This document shows positions 53,444 through 63,635 of a stretch of 64,000 bases of DNA, one piece after another. The position numbers and the translations under genes were made by a program. Every line of letters begins with the position of its first letter. Position 1 is the stretch's first letter. Location: positions 2,383,855 through 2,447,854 of the forward strand of contig CP064984.1 of NCBI GenBank assembly GCA_016699615.1. The letters run 5' to 3'. A model generated the notes under the pieces. It had not been told where the DNA came from. It saw nothing but the letters and a program-made list of their open reading frames with translations, and did not search any database. Source of the stretch: Sphingobacteriales bacterium. GTDB taxonomy: Bacteria; Bacteroidota; Bacteroidia; Chitinophagales; JADIYW01.

Positions 53444-54219
53444 ACTTTTATTGCTAGTAGTTTTCTTAACATATCTTCAATAGTATCTAATCTAAGCATG
53501 TTTTTGCCATCACTTAGTGCAAGTTCTGGGTTTGGATGCGTTTCTAAAAATATACCATCAACACCAGCTATAATACCACATTTAGCCAACGTTTCTGCAA
53601 ATTGTGGTTGCCCATGCGTAATGCCATTTTCTTTATTGGGTTGTTGCAAACTATGCGTAATGTCTAATACTACATTATTGCCTTGTGATTTTAATATAGG
53701 AATATTTCTAAAATCAACAATCAAATCTTCATAGCCAAAACTATTGCCACGTTCTGTAATCCAAATTTTATTATTTCCAGTTGATAAAACTTTTTCTCTG
53801 GCAAATTGCATTTGTGTAGCATTGGCAAATTGTCCTTTTTTTATATTTATAATCTTTCCAGTTTCTCCTGCAGCAATCAAAAGTTCTGTTTGTCTACACA
53901 AGAAAGCCGGAATTTGTATCACATCCACAATATTTTTTATTTTTTTAATATCAGATGTTTCGTGTATGTCTGTTACTATTTTTAAGTTTAATATTTCTTT
54001 TATATTTTTTAAAATATCAATTGCTTTGTCTTCGCCAATCGTAGAAAAAGAATGTATAGATGTTCTATTTGCTTTTTTATAAGATGCTTTAAAATAAAAT
54101 GGAATATTGAGTTTAGTTGTAATTGTTTTTAAATTTTCAGCAATCTCAAATGTAATAGCTTTATTTTCTACAACACATGGCCCAGCAATTAAAAAAAAAC
54201 TATTTGTATTGTTGTGCAT
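53440..54219 (-). CDS. kdsA: 3-deoxy-8-phosphooctulonate (KDO-8-P) synthase
   Basis: ..LIAGPCVVE.., ..FKASYKKANR.., ..DVIQIPAFLCRQT.., ..DITHSLQ.. motifs. Confidence 0.9.
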   Translation of the reverse strand: MHNNTNSFFLIAGPCVVENKAITFEIAENLKTITTKLNIPFYFKASYKKANRTSIHSFSTIGEDKAIDILKNIKEILNLKIVTDIHETSDIKKIKNIVDVIQIPAFLCRQTELLIAAGETGKIINIKKGQFANATQMQFAREKVLSTGNNKIWITERGNSFGYEDLIVDFRNIPILKSQGNNVVLDITHSLQQPNKENGITHGQPQFAETLAKCGIIAGVDGIFLETHPNPELALSDGKNMLRLDTIEDMLRKLLAIKV

Positions 54220-54231
54220 TTATATATTAGT

Positions 54232-55485
54232 TTAATAATTATACTTTTGTTGCCACCTTTCTTTTAAAAATTTTCTCAATTCCTCTTCTCTTGCATTTCT
54301 TCCTGGTTCATAAAATTTTGTTCCAGATATTTCTTTAGGTAAAAATTCTTGTTCTATAAAGTTTTTCTCATACTCATGTGCATACTTATAATTTTTACCA
54401 TATTCTAAATCTTTCATAAGTTTGGTAGGAGCATTTCTTAAATGCAGTGGAACAGATAAATTACTTGTTCTTTCGGCCAATGCAATTGCATTGTTGATGG
54501 CTACATAGCTTGCATTGCTCTTTGCTGAACTTGCCAAATACACAACACATTGTCCAAGTATGATTCTACATTCAGGATAACCAATTTTCGTTACAGCATC
54601 GAATGTTGCGTTGGCTAATAATAATGCATTTGGGTTTGCATTACCTATGTCTTCAGATGCTAAGATGAGCATCCTACGTGCAATAAACTTTGGGTCTTCG
54701 CCAGCATTTATCATGCGTGCCATCCAATACAAGGCAGCATTTACATCACTACCTCTTATAGATTTTATAAAAGCTGATATGATATCATAATGTTGTTCGC
54801 CACTTTTATCGTATCTCGCAATATTATTTTGTATTATTTCTTCTACTTCTTTGTTAGTAATATTATTTGGGTTGCTTGTATTTTCAAATACTAATTCCAA
54901 AATGTTCAATAACTTTCTTGCATCACCATTTGAAAAATATATTAATGCATCATATTCGGCTATTTTTATATTTCTTTCTTTAAAGTATTCATCTTTTTCC
55001 AAAACATCATTGCATAATTGTATCAATTCTTCTTCGCTCAATGCGCTTAAAGTATACACTTGACATCTTGATAGTAATGCAGCATTTACTTCAAAGGATG
55101 GATTTTCTGTTGTTGCACCAATTAATATAAGTGTTCCGTCTTCTGCTGCACCAAGTAGTGCATCTTGTTGTGATTTGTTGAATCTATGTATCTCATCAAT
55201 GAATAATATTTTTCTACCAAATTTTTTAGCTTCATCTATAATCAATCTAATTTCTTTTACACCAGCAGCAATTGCACTCATTTGTTCAAAAGGCAAATTA
55301 CTATACTGTGCAATTAGCCTTGCTAAGGTTGTTTTTCCTACACCTGGTGGTCCCCAAAAAATCATAGAATGTACATTGCCAGATTCTAATTGATTTCTAA
55401 AAGCTTTACCTTGAGCCAAAAGATGCTGTTGTCCAATAATTTCTTGGATAGAGTTTGGTCGCATTCTTTCAGCAAGTGGTTTCAT
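54232..55485 (-). CDS. rarA: Replication-associated recombination protein A (MgsA/RarA AAA+ ATPase)
   Basis: ..MIFWGPPGVGKTTLA.., ..LFIDEIHRFNK.QQD.LL.. and the MgsA C-terminal domain. Confidence 0.9.
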   Translation of the reverse strand: MKPLAERMRPNSIQEIIGQQHLLAQGKAFRNQLESGNVHSMIFWGPPGVGKTTLARLIAQYSNLPFEQMSAIAAGVKEIRLIIDEAKKFGRKILFIDEIHRFNKSQQDALLGAAEDGTLILIGATTENPSFEVNAALLSRCQVYTLSALSEEELIQLCNDVLEKDEYFKERNIKIAEYDALIYFSNGDARKLLNILELVFENTSNPNNITNKEVEEIIQNNIARYDKSGEQHYDIISAFIKSIRGSDVNAALYWMARMINAGEDPKFIARRMLILASEDIGNANPNALLLANATFDAVTKIGYPECRIILGQCVVYLASSAKSNASYVAINNAIALAERTSNLSVPLHLRNAPTKLMKDLEYGKNYKYAHEYEKNFIEQEFLPKEISGTKFYEPGRNAREEELRKFLKERWQQKYNY

Positions 55486-55495
55486 GGTTTATATT

Positions 55496-55927
55496 TTATT
55501 TTACAATTTTCATGACCATCATAGTCAGTCTTGAGATATTTAATAATTGCTCAGCATCATTGTAGATTTTTATTTCCCAAACATGTGTTTGTTTGCCAAT
55601 ATGAATTGGTTTCGCAATGCCATGTACATAGCCATTATTCACACTTTTTAGATGATTTGAGTTGATATCTAAACCTACTGCATATTCTTGTGTGTTGTCT
55701 AAGCATAAGTTTGCTCCAAGGCTACCTAATGATTCAGCTAATACAACATGAGCACCACCATGCAAAATGCCCATAGGCTGTTTTGTTTTTTCATTTACTG
55801 GCATTTTGGCTCTTATAAAATCATCACCAATTTCAGTGTATTCAATTTCAAGAAATTCCATCATTGTGCCTTTTCTTCTGAGTTGCAAAGCATCCAAAGT
55901 AATTTCATCTCTTTTCCAAATTCTCAT
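55496..55927 (-). CDS. Hotdog-fold thioesterase, PaaI/YbdB (DHNA-CoA hydrolase-like) family
   Basis: ..MEFLEIEYTEIGDDFIRAKMPV..QPMGILHGGA..LAES.. pattern. The start is placed at MRIWKRDE.. (ATG 55927). Confidence 0.7.
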   Translation of the reverse strand: MRIWKRDEITLDALQLRRKGTMMEFLEIEYTEIGDDFIRAKMPVNEKTKQPMGILHGGAHVVLAESLGSLGANLCLDNTQEYAVGLDINSNHLKSVNNGYVHGIAKPIHIGKQTHVWEIKIYNDAEQLLNISRLTMMVMKIVK

Positions 55928-56024
55928 TTTCTTTTTTATTTCAAACATAGATAAAATATACGATAATGTATAGAGCAATTAAATATTACTGATATTTTTT
56001 TACTTTTGTTGTAAATAACAAAAT

Positions 56025-57002
56025 TTGTATACATTAAGACATATCGCAAGCTTGGTAGATGCTGAAATTATTGGAAATCCAGATTACGAAATTCACGTGG
56101 CATCGAAGATAGAAGAAGCAAATGCAGAAACAATCTCATTTTTAGCTAATGAGAAATATATAGATGTATTGTTAACTGTGCAAATTGGTGCATTATTAAT
56201 ATCAAAACATATTTATAATATTATTAAAGATAAAAAGATTGCTTGTGATGTAAAAGGTGGTTTTTTGTTGGTAGATGATGCATACCAAATTCTTCCAAAG
56301 CTTTTGGATATTTTTCAAATAAAACAAAACAAAGATTACATTATTGGAGAAAATACAAAAGTATATCCGAATGTGTATATTGGTAAAAATGTGCAAATTG
56401 GCAATGATTGTATTGTGTATCCTAATGTGTGTATTTATGATAATTGTGTAATTGGTAATAATGTTATTATTCATGCTGGCGCAGTAATTGGTGCAGATGG
56501 ATTTGGCTTTGCACCACAAAAAGATGGTTCGTATACAAAAATAGCACAATTAGGTAATGTAGTAATTGAAGATGATTGTGAAATTGGCGCAAATACATGT
56601 ATAGATAGAGCAACAATGGGTTCTACAATAATTAGAAAAAGTGTGAAATTGGATAACTTAATTCAGGTTGGACATAATGTAGAAATTGGAGAACATACTG
56701 TAATTGCTGCACAAACAGGAATTGCTGGCTCTACAAAAATTGGCAATTATTGTATGATTGGTGGGCAAGTTGGTTTTGTTGGTCATATTAGCATTGCACC
56801 TTATACTAAAATTAATGCACAAAGTGGTATTGCTAGTAGTATTCAAAAAGCAGAAAGTGTAGTTGGTGGCTCACCAGCATTTGAGTTGAAATCATTTTTT
56901 AAATCATCAATAGTGTTTAAAAACTTACCTTTAATGCAACAAAAAATAATGAGCTTAGAAAAAGAAATTGAAGCATTAAAAAAATCTAATCTTAATGATT
57001 GA
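56025..57002 (+). CDS. lpxD: UDP-3-O-acylglucosamine N-acyltransferase
   Basis: N-terminal LpxD domain plus hexapeptide left-handed beta-helix repeats (..IGNNVIIHAGAVIGADGFGF..). TTG start as in the track. Confidence 0.88.
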   Translation: MYTLRHIASLVDAEIIGNPDYEIHVASKIEEANAETISFLANEKYIDVLLTVQIGALLISKHIYNIIKDKKIACDVKGGFLLVDDAYQILPKLLDIFQIKQNKDYIIGENTKVYPNVYIGKNVQIGNDCIVYPNVCIYDNCVIGNNVIIHAGAVIGADGFGFAPQKDGSYTKIAQLGNVVIEDDCEIGANTCIDRATMGSTIIRKSVKLDNLIQVGHNVEIGEHTVIAAQTGIAGSTKIGNYCMIGGQVGFVGHISIAPYTKINAQSGIASSIQKAESVVGGSPAFELKSFFKSSIVFKNLPLMQQKIMSLEKEIEALKKSNLND

Positions 57003-58338
57003 TAAGTTTGAACAATATATAGCAAAGAATAATTTATTTAATAAAGGCACACCATTACTAATTGCATGTAGTGGTGGTGTAGATTCTATGGTGCTTTTAG
57101 ATATATTACAAAAGTTAGAATATAATATTTTAGTCGCGCATTGTAATTTTAAATTGAGAGGTGCGGAGAGTGATGCTGATACTGCATTTGTGAAAAAATA
57201 TTGTGAAGAAAATAATATAAAATATTTTATAAAAGAATTTGATACTACGAAATATAAAAAAGAACATAAAATATCTACGCAAGTTGCTGCAAGAAACTTA
57301 AGATATGAATGGTTTGAACAAATAAGAATAGAAAATAAAATCCATTTTATTGTAACAGCACATCATGCTGATGACCAACTGGAAACTATTTTGTTGAATT
57401 TTGCAAAAGGCACTGGATTGAATGGTTTGATTGGCATGAAAGCAAAAAATAATTTTATTGTAAGACCGATGTTGCAAATTTCTAAAGCAGAAATTTTGAA
57501 TTATGCTACTGAAAATAAGATTGAATTTAGAGAAGATAGTAGCAATGAAAGTATAGATTATACAAGAAATAAGATAAGACATCAAATATTACCAATACTA
57601 AATGAAATCAATTCAAGTATAGTTTATAATATAGATGATTTTAGTCAAAGAATGAAAGATATTTCTTTGTTGTTGGAAACGCAAATCAAACAAATAAAGA
57701 AAAAATGTTGGACAGAAAAAGATGGTGTTGTATATGTAAAAATTAATTACATTAAAAATCATTCATCAAGAGATACGGTTTTGTATTATTTGCTCAAAGA
57801 TTTTGGTTTTACAAATGATGTTTTAAATAATGTAGTTAATCATAAAAATATTAGTGCGCAATTTTTTTCTGATACACATAGAATGATTATTGATAGAAAT
57901 GAATTAATTATTTCATCAATTAGTGAAGTGAAAAATAATATTCTATGTTTTGATAAAATTCCAAATCAAATAATATTCAATAATTTTACGATTCAGTGTA
58001 GTTTGGTTCCAATTGAAAAACTGAATTTAAAAGAAAATAAAAACTATGCATACTTAGATGTAGATTGTATAGATTTTCCAATTGTAGTTAGAAATTTAAA
58101 AGATGGCGATTATTTTTATCCATTTGGAATTGGAAAAGCAAAGAATAAAAGCAAAGTTGGAAAAAAGAAAATCTCAAAATATTTTAGAGACTTAAAATTA
58201 AATTTATTAGAAAAAGAAAACACACCTATTGTATTCTCAAATGAGCGCGCATTGTGGTTGGTTGGCTATGCTATTGATGATAGATTTAAAGTAACAGCAA
58301 ATACAAAACAAGTCTTAAAAATGAAAATTATTTGCTAA
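56995..58338 (+). CDS. tilS: tRNA(Ile)-lysidine synthase
   Basis: PP-loop ..LIACSGGVDSMVL.. and ..TAHHADDQLET.. It overlaps the lpxD stop by 8 nt. Confidence 0.9.
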   Translation: MIDKFEQYIAKNNLFNKGTPLLIACSGGVDSMVLLDILQKLEYNILVAHCNFKLRGAESDADTAFVKKYCEENNIKYFIKEFDTTKYKKEHKISTQVAARNLRYEWFEQIRIENKIHFIVTAHHADDQLETILLNFAKGTGLNGLIGMKAKNNFIVRPMLQISKAEILNYATENKIEFREDSSNESIDYTRNKIRHQILPILNEINSSIVYNIDDFSQRMKDISLLLETQIKQIKKKCWTEKDGVVYVKINYIKNHSSRDTVLYYLLKDFGFTNDVLNNVVNHKNISAQFFSDTHRMIIDRNELIISSISEVKNNILCFDKIPNQIIFNNFTIQCSLVPIEKLNLKENKNYAYLDVDCIDFPIVVRNLKDGDYFYPFGIGKAKNKSKVGKKKISKYFRDLKLNLLEKENTPIVFSNERALWLVGYAIDDRFKVTANTKQVLKMKIIC

Positions 58339-58731
58339 CTATCCATTTCCTAAAGCCTTTGCCAAGTCTTTAAGTTGACTTTGCCATAATTCTTTAGCAC
58401 TTTCTATATCAGCTTTTTCTGCAAAATCAGTTATGGTTAGTATAGTTTCTTTCGTAATATCAGTAACTTTTATTCTGTATTCAAAATAGGCTTTGTCATC
58501 TTCTTCATCTTCCCATTGTAATTTTACATATTCATCATCTTCATAAGCTAAAACAACTGCTTTTTGTTCATCTCCATTCCACTCAAAAGTAAATACTTCA
58601 CCATTTGGGTCTAGGTCTACATAATCTGCAAACCACTGTACTAAGCCTGATGGTGTCGTAATAAAATTATACAAAATTGCAGGTGATGATCTGAAAGTTC
58701 TTTCTACTGTAAATGGAATTTTTTTGCCCAT
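58339..58731 (-). CDS. START-like / SRPBCC-superfamily small protein (hypothetical)
   Basis: 130 aa in a beta-alpha pattern ..SPAILYNFITTPSGLVQWFAD... The family assignment is tentative. Confidence 0.45.
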   Translation of the reverse strand: MGKKIPFTVERTFRSSPAILYNFITTPSGLVQWFADYVDLDPNGEVFTFEWNGDEQKAVVLAYEDDEYVKLQWEDEEDDKAYFEYRIKVTDITKETILTITDFAEKADIESAKELWQSQLKDLAKALGNG

Positions 58732-58791
58732 ATTCGATTATTGATTGTGAAGTGCAATTAAAAACAAATTTTTATTTTATCCAAATATATT

Positions 58792-60086
58792 TTAACTTTT
58801 TTTTGATAAAATATCTTCCAAAATAAAAAAGCTGCCAATTATCAAAATTAAGTCATTGTTTTTTGATGCTTTCTTAGCTTGTTGTAATGCATTTTGGGGT
58901 TCAGTAAATGCATTTCCATTTAATTGATGTTTTTTTGCGCTTTCCAGAAGAATATTTGCATCAAGTTTGCGTTCTATTTTAGCTTCAGTAAAATAATATG
59001 TAGCATCTTTTGGCAAAAGTGGAAGTATCTTATCAATATATTTGTCTTTTACGGCGCTATAAATGATATGTAAATGATTGTATTGCTCATTTTTTAATTG
59101 TTCTAATGCATGATTTATGCCATCTTCATTGTGTGCTACATCAATAATTGTTTTAGGATTTTTGCCAATACATTGCCATCGTGCAAGTAATTTTGTATTG
59201 GTACAAACATTACTTAAACCTTGTTCTATATTTTTCTGTTTTATTTTATTTTTTGCATTTCTATTATATATATCTATACTTGATAGAATTGTTTGTATAT
59301 TTTCTACTTGATATTTTCCAGATAAATCAGATTTTATTTTTCTTTCTTTTGATTTTATAGCGTAACGTACCTTATTGTATTTATTATTTTGTTTCGATTC
59401 AATAAGCTTGGTTGTATCTTCACTAAAAAACAATTTTGCATTTTGCTGTTTTGAAGTTTCTATAAATACTTTATCTGTTTCAGCATTTTTTCGACCAATT
59501 ACTACTGGCGTATTTTTTTTAATGATGCCAGCTTTTTCTCTGGCAATTTCAGTAAGCGTATTGCCCAAAATACTTTGATGGTCATATGAAATATTAGTAA
59601 TAACAGACAATTCTGGATGAATAATATTTGTAGAATCCAATCTTCCACCCAATCCAGTTTCTATAATTGCAATATCTACTTTTTTTGTGCAAAATAATGG
59701 AAAGCCATAGCAACTGTAATTTCAAAAAACGATGGCTGAATTTCCTCAATTATTGGCATCAACTTTTGCGTAATTTCTACAACATATTTTTTTGAGCAAA
59801 GTTGCCCATTTATTTTTATTCTTTCTCTAAAATCAATAATATGTGGCGAAGTGTACAAACCAGTTTTGTAGCCTTGTGCCTGAAAAATACTTGCTAAGCC
59901 ATGTGCTGTAGAACCTTTTCCATTTGTGCCAGCAATATGTATCGTTTTTATTTTTTTATGTGGATTGCCCAGAAATGCACACAATTTAATTGTGTTGGCT
60001 AAATCTTTTTTAATTGCTTTTTCTCCTATTTTAGAAAACATAGGTAGCTGTGTATATAAAAAATTTATACTGTCCTTGTATCGCAT
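58792..60086 (-). pseudogene. folC: Folylpolyglutamate synthase / dihydrofolate synthase, split by a frameshift in a homopolymer at ~59680-59686
   Basis: ..HIAGTNGKGST.. P-loop in the upstream piece. ..FAQKK* should continue VDIAIIETGLGGRLDSTN.. in the adjacent frame. Confidence 0.88.
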
Positions 60087-60131
60087 GTATAAATATAATT
60101 AAGTTTCACGAATTATGTTATTTTTGTAGCT

Positions 60132-61061
60132 ATGAGAGTGTTCAGAGGATTGGATTCGTTGCCAAAATTTAAAAACGCAGTATTGACAATTGGCACATAT
60201 GATGGTGTGCATTTAGGTCATCAACATATTGTACATAGAATAAATGATTTGGCAAAAAATATAGAAGGTGAAAGTATTTTATTGACTTTCTATCCACATC
60301 CAAGACTGATTTTGCATCCAGAAGATAATACTTTAAAGCTGATAACAACCATTGACGAGAAAATTGAATTGTTAGAAGGACTTGGATTACAAAACTTAGT
60401 AATCTTACCATTTTCAAATGATTTGGCAAATTTAGAAGCAGAAGATTATATAAAAAATATACTAATTAAATATTTTAATCCATCGTATATTTGTGTAGGA
60501 TACGACCATAAGTTTGGAAAAGGTAGGACAGGAGATTATCATTTATTAGAACAATTAAAAGATAAATATCAATACCAATTAGAAGAAATACCAGCACAAA
60601 CCATTGATGAGATTTCTGTAAGCTCAACCAAAGTTAGAAAGGCATTGTTGGAAGGAAATATTAAAATTGCGAATCAATTTTTATCGCATCCATTTAGTAT
60701 AAAAAGTAAAGTAATTCATGGTAATAAAGTAGGCAGACTGTTAGGCTTTCCTACTGCAAATATTGATGTTGCTGACGAGCATAAATTAATTCCAGCATCT
60801 GGTGTGTATGCAGTTTGGGTAAAAATAGATAATCAATTGCTGAAAGGTGCTTTGAGTATTGGTTATAGAGAAACTGTATTTGATAATAGTGAACTGACTA
60901 TCGAAGTATTTATTTTAGATTTTAATCAAATGATTTATGATAAATCTATAGAGTTGATATTTGTTGATTATGTACGTCCACAAATTAAATATGATAATTG
61001 GGAATTGCTTCAAGACCAAATAAAAAAAGATGTTCAACAAGTGGAACATCTTTTAAGCTAA
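60132..61061 (+). CDS. ribF: Bifunctional riboflavin kinase / FMN adenylyltransferase
   Basis: ..LTIGTYDGVHLGHQ.., ..FGKGRTGD.., ..GFPTANI.. motifs. Confidence 0.9.
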   Translation: MRVFRGLDSLPKFKNAVLTIGTYDGVHLGHQHIVHRINDLAKNIEGESILLTFYPHPRLILHPEDNTLKLITTIDEKIELLEGLGLQNLVILPFSNDLANLEAEDYIKNILIKYFNPSYICVGYDHKFGKGRTGDYHLLEQLKDKYQYQLEEIPAQTIDEISVSSTKVRKALLEGNIKIANQFLSHPFSIKSKVIHGNKVGRLLGFPTANIDVADEHKLIPASGVYAVWVKIDNQLLKGALSIGYRETVFDNSELTIEVFILDFNQMIYDKSIELIFVDYVRPQIKYDNWELLQDQIKKDVQQVEHLLS

Positions 61062-61078
61062 TTATATTTTAGTAATGT

Positions 61079-63205
61079 TTATGCTTCTTTAGGCATTAAT
61101 GCTTTCTTAGATAGCTTAAATTTACCAGTTTTTTGGTCTATACCTATTAATTTTACTTGTACAATATCGCCTTCTTTTAGTATTCCATCTAAATTTTCTA
61201 ACCTTTTGTGGTCTACTTCAGAAATGTGTAATAAGCCATCTTTTCCTGGCATAAACTCTACAAATGCACCAAATGCTAGTATAGATTTTACTTTTCCTTC
61301 GTACACTTCGCCAACTTCAGGAACAGCTACTATACCTTTTATTCTTGTTACAGCAGCATCCATGTTATCTTTATTGTTCGATAGAATAACTACTTTCCCA
61401 ATTCCTTTTTCTTTATTCTCTTCAATAGTTACAACTGTCTTAGTTTTTTCTTGTATGTCTTGTATTACTTTTCCGCCTGGTCCAATTACTGCACCAATAA
61501 ATTCTTTAGGAATTTCAAAAGTCACAGCTCTTGGTACATGTGGTTTCAACTCAGGTCTTGGTGCAGAAATACATTGTTCCATTGCATTTAATATATGTAA
61601 TCTTCCTTTTCTTGCTTGCTCTAAAGCTTCTGACAATATTTCGTAAGAAAGTCCATCAACTTTTAAGTCCATTTGTACACCACAAATGCCATCTTTTGTT
61701 CCAGTTACTTTAAAGTCCATATCACCAAGATGATCTTCATCACCAAGAATATCAGATAAAATAGCATATTTCCCATTTTCTGCAATCATACCCATTGCAA
61801 TTCCAGATACTAATTTTTTAAATGGAATACCTGCGTCCATTAATGCTAATGAACCAGCGCAAACTGTTGCCATAGATGAAGAACCATTGCTTTCTAATAT
61901 ATCAGATACAACTCTTATTGTATAAGGATTTACATCATCACTTGGTAGCATTTGTTTTAGTGAACGTAATGCTAAGTTTCCATGCCCAACTTCTCTACGT
62001 GAAGTACCACGCATTGGTTTTACTTCGCCAGTTGAAAAAGGTGGGAAATTATAGTGCAATAAGAATTTACTATATGTTAATTCCTCAGCTTTATCAATCA
62101 TTTGCTCATCTTGCTTAGAGCCTAATGTTACAGTAGTTAATGATTGTGTTTCGCCTCTTGTAAATAATGCAGAACCATGTGGTGTTGGCAATACATCAAT
62201 TTCCATATCCAGTGGTCTTATTTCATCAGTTTTTCTACCATCTAATCTAACTCTATCATTCAAAACTGTATTTCTAATTGCATTTTTTTCTACTTTAGAA
62301 TAGTATTTTGAGAAAAGACCTTTGTTGAAAGTTTCTAATGCTTCTTCACTTAATGTTGCTAAATAATCTTCCTTTATTTGTTTTAATGCATTTTTTCTTT
62401 CATGTTTGCCTGTTGCCGATTTTGCTATTTCAATCACTTTATTTTCTGCAAATGCTTTAACTGATTGGTATAATTCTTCGTCACTTTCTGGCAATTCTAC
62501 AGCCATTTTCTCTTTGCCTGCTAATTTTTGTAATTCAATCTGTGCATTACAGTGTTGTTTTATTACATCATGTCCAGTTTTTATAGCATTGATCAAATCT
62601 GTTTCAGATGCTTCATTTGCTTCACCTTCAACCATTAAGATATTATCTAATGTGCCAGCAAGTATAATGTTTAAAGTAGCTTCTGTTTCTTGTGTTGGTG
62701 TAGGATTAACGATTAAATCGTTTCCTAATTTAATAACTCTAACTTCTGAAATTGGACCTTCAAATGGAATTGAAGATATAGTTAATGCAGCTGATGCTGC
62801 TAAGCCAACCAACGTATCTGGATTTACATTCTCATCATGCGAAATTAAGCTAATTAAGACTTGTGTGTCATTAACAAAGTTATCAGCAAACATAGGTCTA
62901 ATTGCTCTGTCCACTAATCTTGATATTAATACTTCAAAATCTGATAATTTTGCCTCTCTTCTATGGAATGAACCTGGAATTCTACCAGCAGCAGCAAATT
63001 TCTCTTGATAATCTACTGTTAATGGAAAGAAATCCACACCTTCTTTAGGTTTGTCTGTTGCACATACTGTAGCTAATATATAGCAATTGCCTTTTTTTAC
63101 TAATACTGCACCATCAGCTTGTCTTGCAAGTTTCCCAGTTTCTATTGTTACTTCATCAGTATTATTGTAATTGCATGAAATTTTTTGTTGTTTAAATTCT
63201 ATCAT
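61079..63205 (-). CDS. pnp: Polyribonucleotide nucleotidyltransferase (PNPase)
   Basis: Two RNase PH domains, then KH and S1 (..GEVYEGKVKSILAFGAFVEF..). The start is placed at MIEFKQQ.. because the track's extension runs through the rpsO terminator. Confidence 0.92.
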   Translation of the reverse strand: MIEFKQQKISCNYNNTDEVTIETGKLARQADGAVLVKKGNCYILATVCATDKPKEGVDFFPLTVDYQEKFAAAGRIPGSFHRREAKLSDFEVLISRLVDRAIRPMFADNFVNDTQVLISLISHDENVNPDTLVGLAASAALTISSIPFEGPISEVRVIKLGNDLIVNPTPTQETEATLNIILAGTLDNILMVEGEANEASETDLINAIKTGHDVIKQHCNAQIELQKLAGKEKMAVELPESDEELYQSVKAFAENKVIEIAKSATGKHERKNALKQIKEDYLATLSEEALETFNKGLFSKYYSKVEKNAIRNTVLNDRVRLDGRKTDEIRPLDMEIDVLPTPHGSALFTRGETQSLTTVTLGSKQDEQMIDKAEELTYSKFLLHYNFPPFSTGEVKPMRGTSRREVGHGNLALRSLKQMLPSDDVNPYTIRVVSDILESNGSSSMATVCAGSLALMDAGIPFKKLVSGIAMGMIAENGKYAILSDILGDEDHLGDMDFKVTGTKDGICGVQMDLKVDGLSYEILSEALEQARKGRLHILNAMEQCISAPRPELKPHVPRAVTFEIPKEFIGAVIGPGGKVIQDIQEKTKTVVTIEENKEKGIGKVVILSNNKDNMDAAVTRIKGIVAVPEVGEVYEGKVKSILAFGAFVEFMPGKDGLLHISEVDHKRLENLDGILKEGDIVQVKLIGIDQKTGKFKLSKKALMPKEA

Positions 63206-63228
63206 AATATTTTTTAGGATAAGGTAAT

Positions 63229-63254
63229 AAAAAAAAAGCGAGGTTTTGCCTCGC
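63229..63254 (-). terminator. Rho-independent terminator between rpsO and pnp
   Basis: The minus strand reads GCGAGG-CAAAA-CCTCGC followed by T9. Confidence 0.8.
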
Positions 63255-63268
63255 TTCATTATTTTGGT

Positions 63269-63538
63269 TTATTTTCTTAGGTTAAGTTTCTCAATTAGCC
63301 TTCTGTACTTATTGATGTCTTTACTAGATAAGTATTTTAGTAGTTTTTTTCTTTGACCTACCAATTTGTATAAAGATCTAGTAGATGAATGATCTTTTCT
63401 ATTTGAACGTAAATGTTCAGAAATATGGTTGATTCTATGTGTAATTAATGCCACTTGCGACTCCACAGCACCTGTATTGGTAGCTGCTCCACCAAATTCT
63501 TTAAAAATTTCAATTTTCTTTTCAGTTGTTAAACTCAT
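63269..63538 (-). CDS. rpsO: 30S ribosomal protein S15
   Basis: 89 aa, ..TGAVESQVALITHRINHISEHLRSNRKDHSSTRSL.. Confidence 0.93.
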   Translation of the reverse strand: MSLTTEKKIEIFKEFGGAATNTGAVESQVALITHRINHISEHLRSNRKDHSSTRSLYKLVGQRKKLLKYLSSKDINKYRRLIEKLNLRK

Positions 63539-63635
63539 AATGTTTAGAATTAATAAGAGTGCAAAGATAGTAAAATATTATTTAATTAAACAAGAAAATA
63601 AATCTACACAGGTTAATTTAATTTTAAAGTTTTTT

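Noticed and set aside
15679-60086. Reading the many split genes as evidence for a reductive, pseudogene-rich endosymbiont genome
   Set aside because: The pieces retain full-length similarity with no secondary stops or deletions. The lesions are single-base and mostly at homopolymers. Intact biosynthetic, envelope and T9SS genes surround them, and essential genes are affected. A consensus-error explanation is favoured but remains unproven.
61206-63008. Long antisense ORFs inside pnp (61206-61646, 62406-63008), with similar ones inside valS (27779-28240), thrA (22996-23313), sufC (42693-43028), kdsA (53744-54082), aspS (50916-51266) and others
   Set aside because: All are embedded opposite well-supported conserved genes. 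They have odd Ser/Phe/Leu/Cys-rich composition and no recognisable motifs, so they are typical shadow ORFs of AT-rich DNA.
63206-63259. An 18-codon N-terminal extension of pnp (MKRGKTSLFFYYLILKNI..)
   Set aside because: It overlaps the rpsO terminator hairpin and U tract. PNPase homologues begin near MIEFKQQ..
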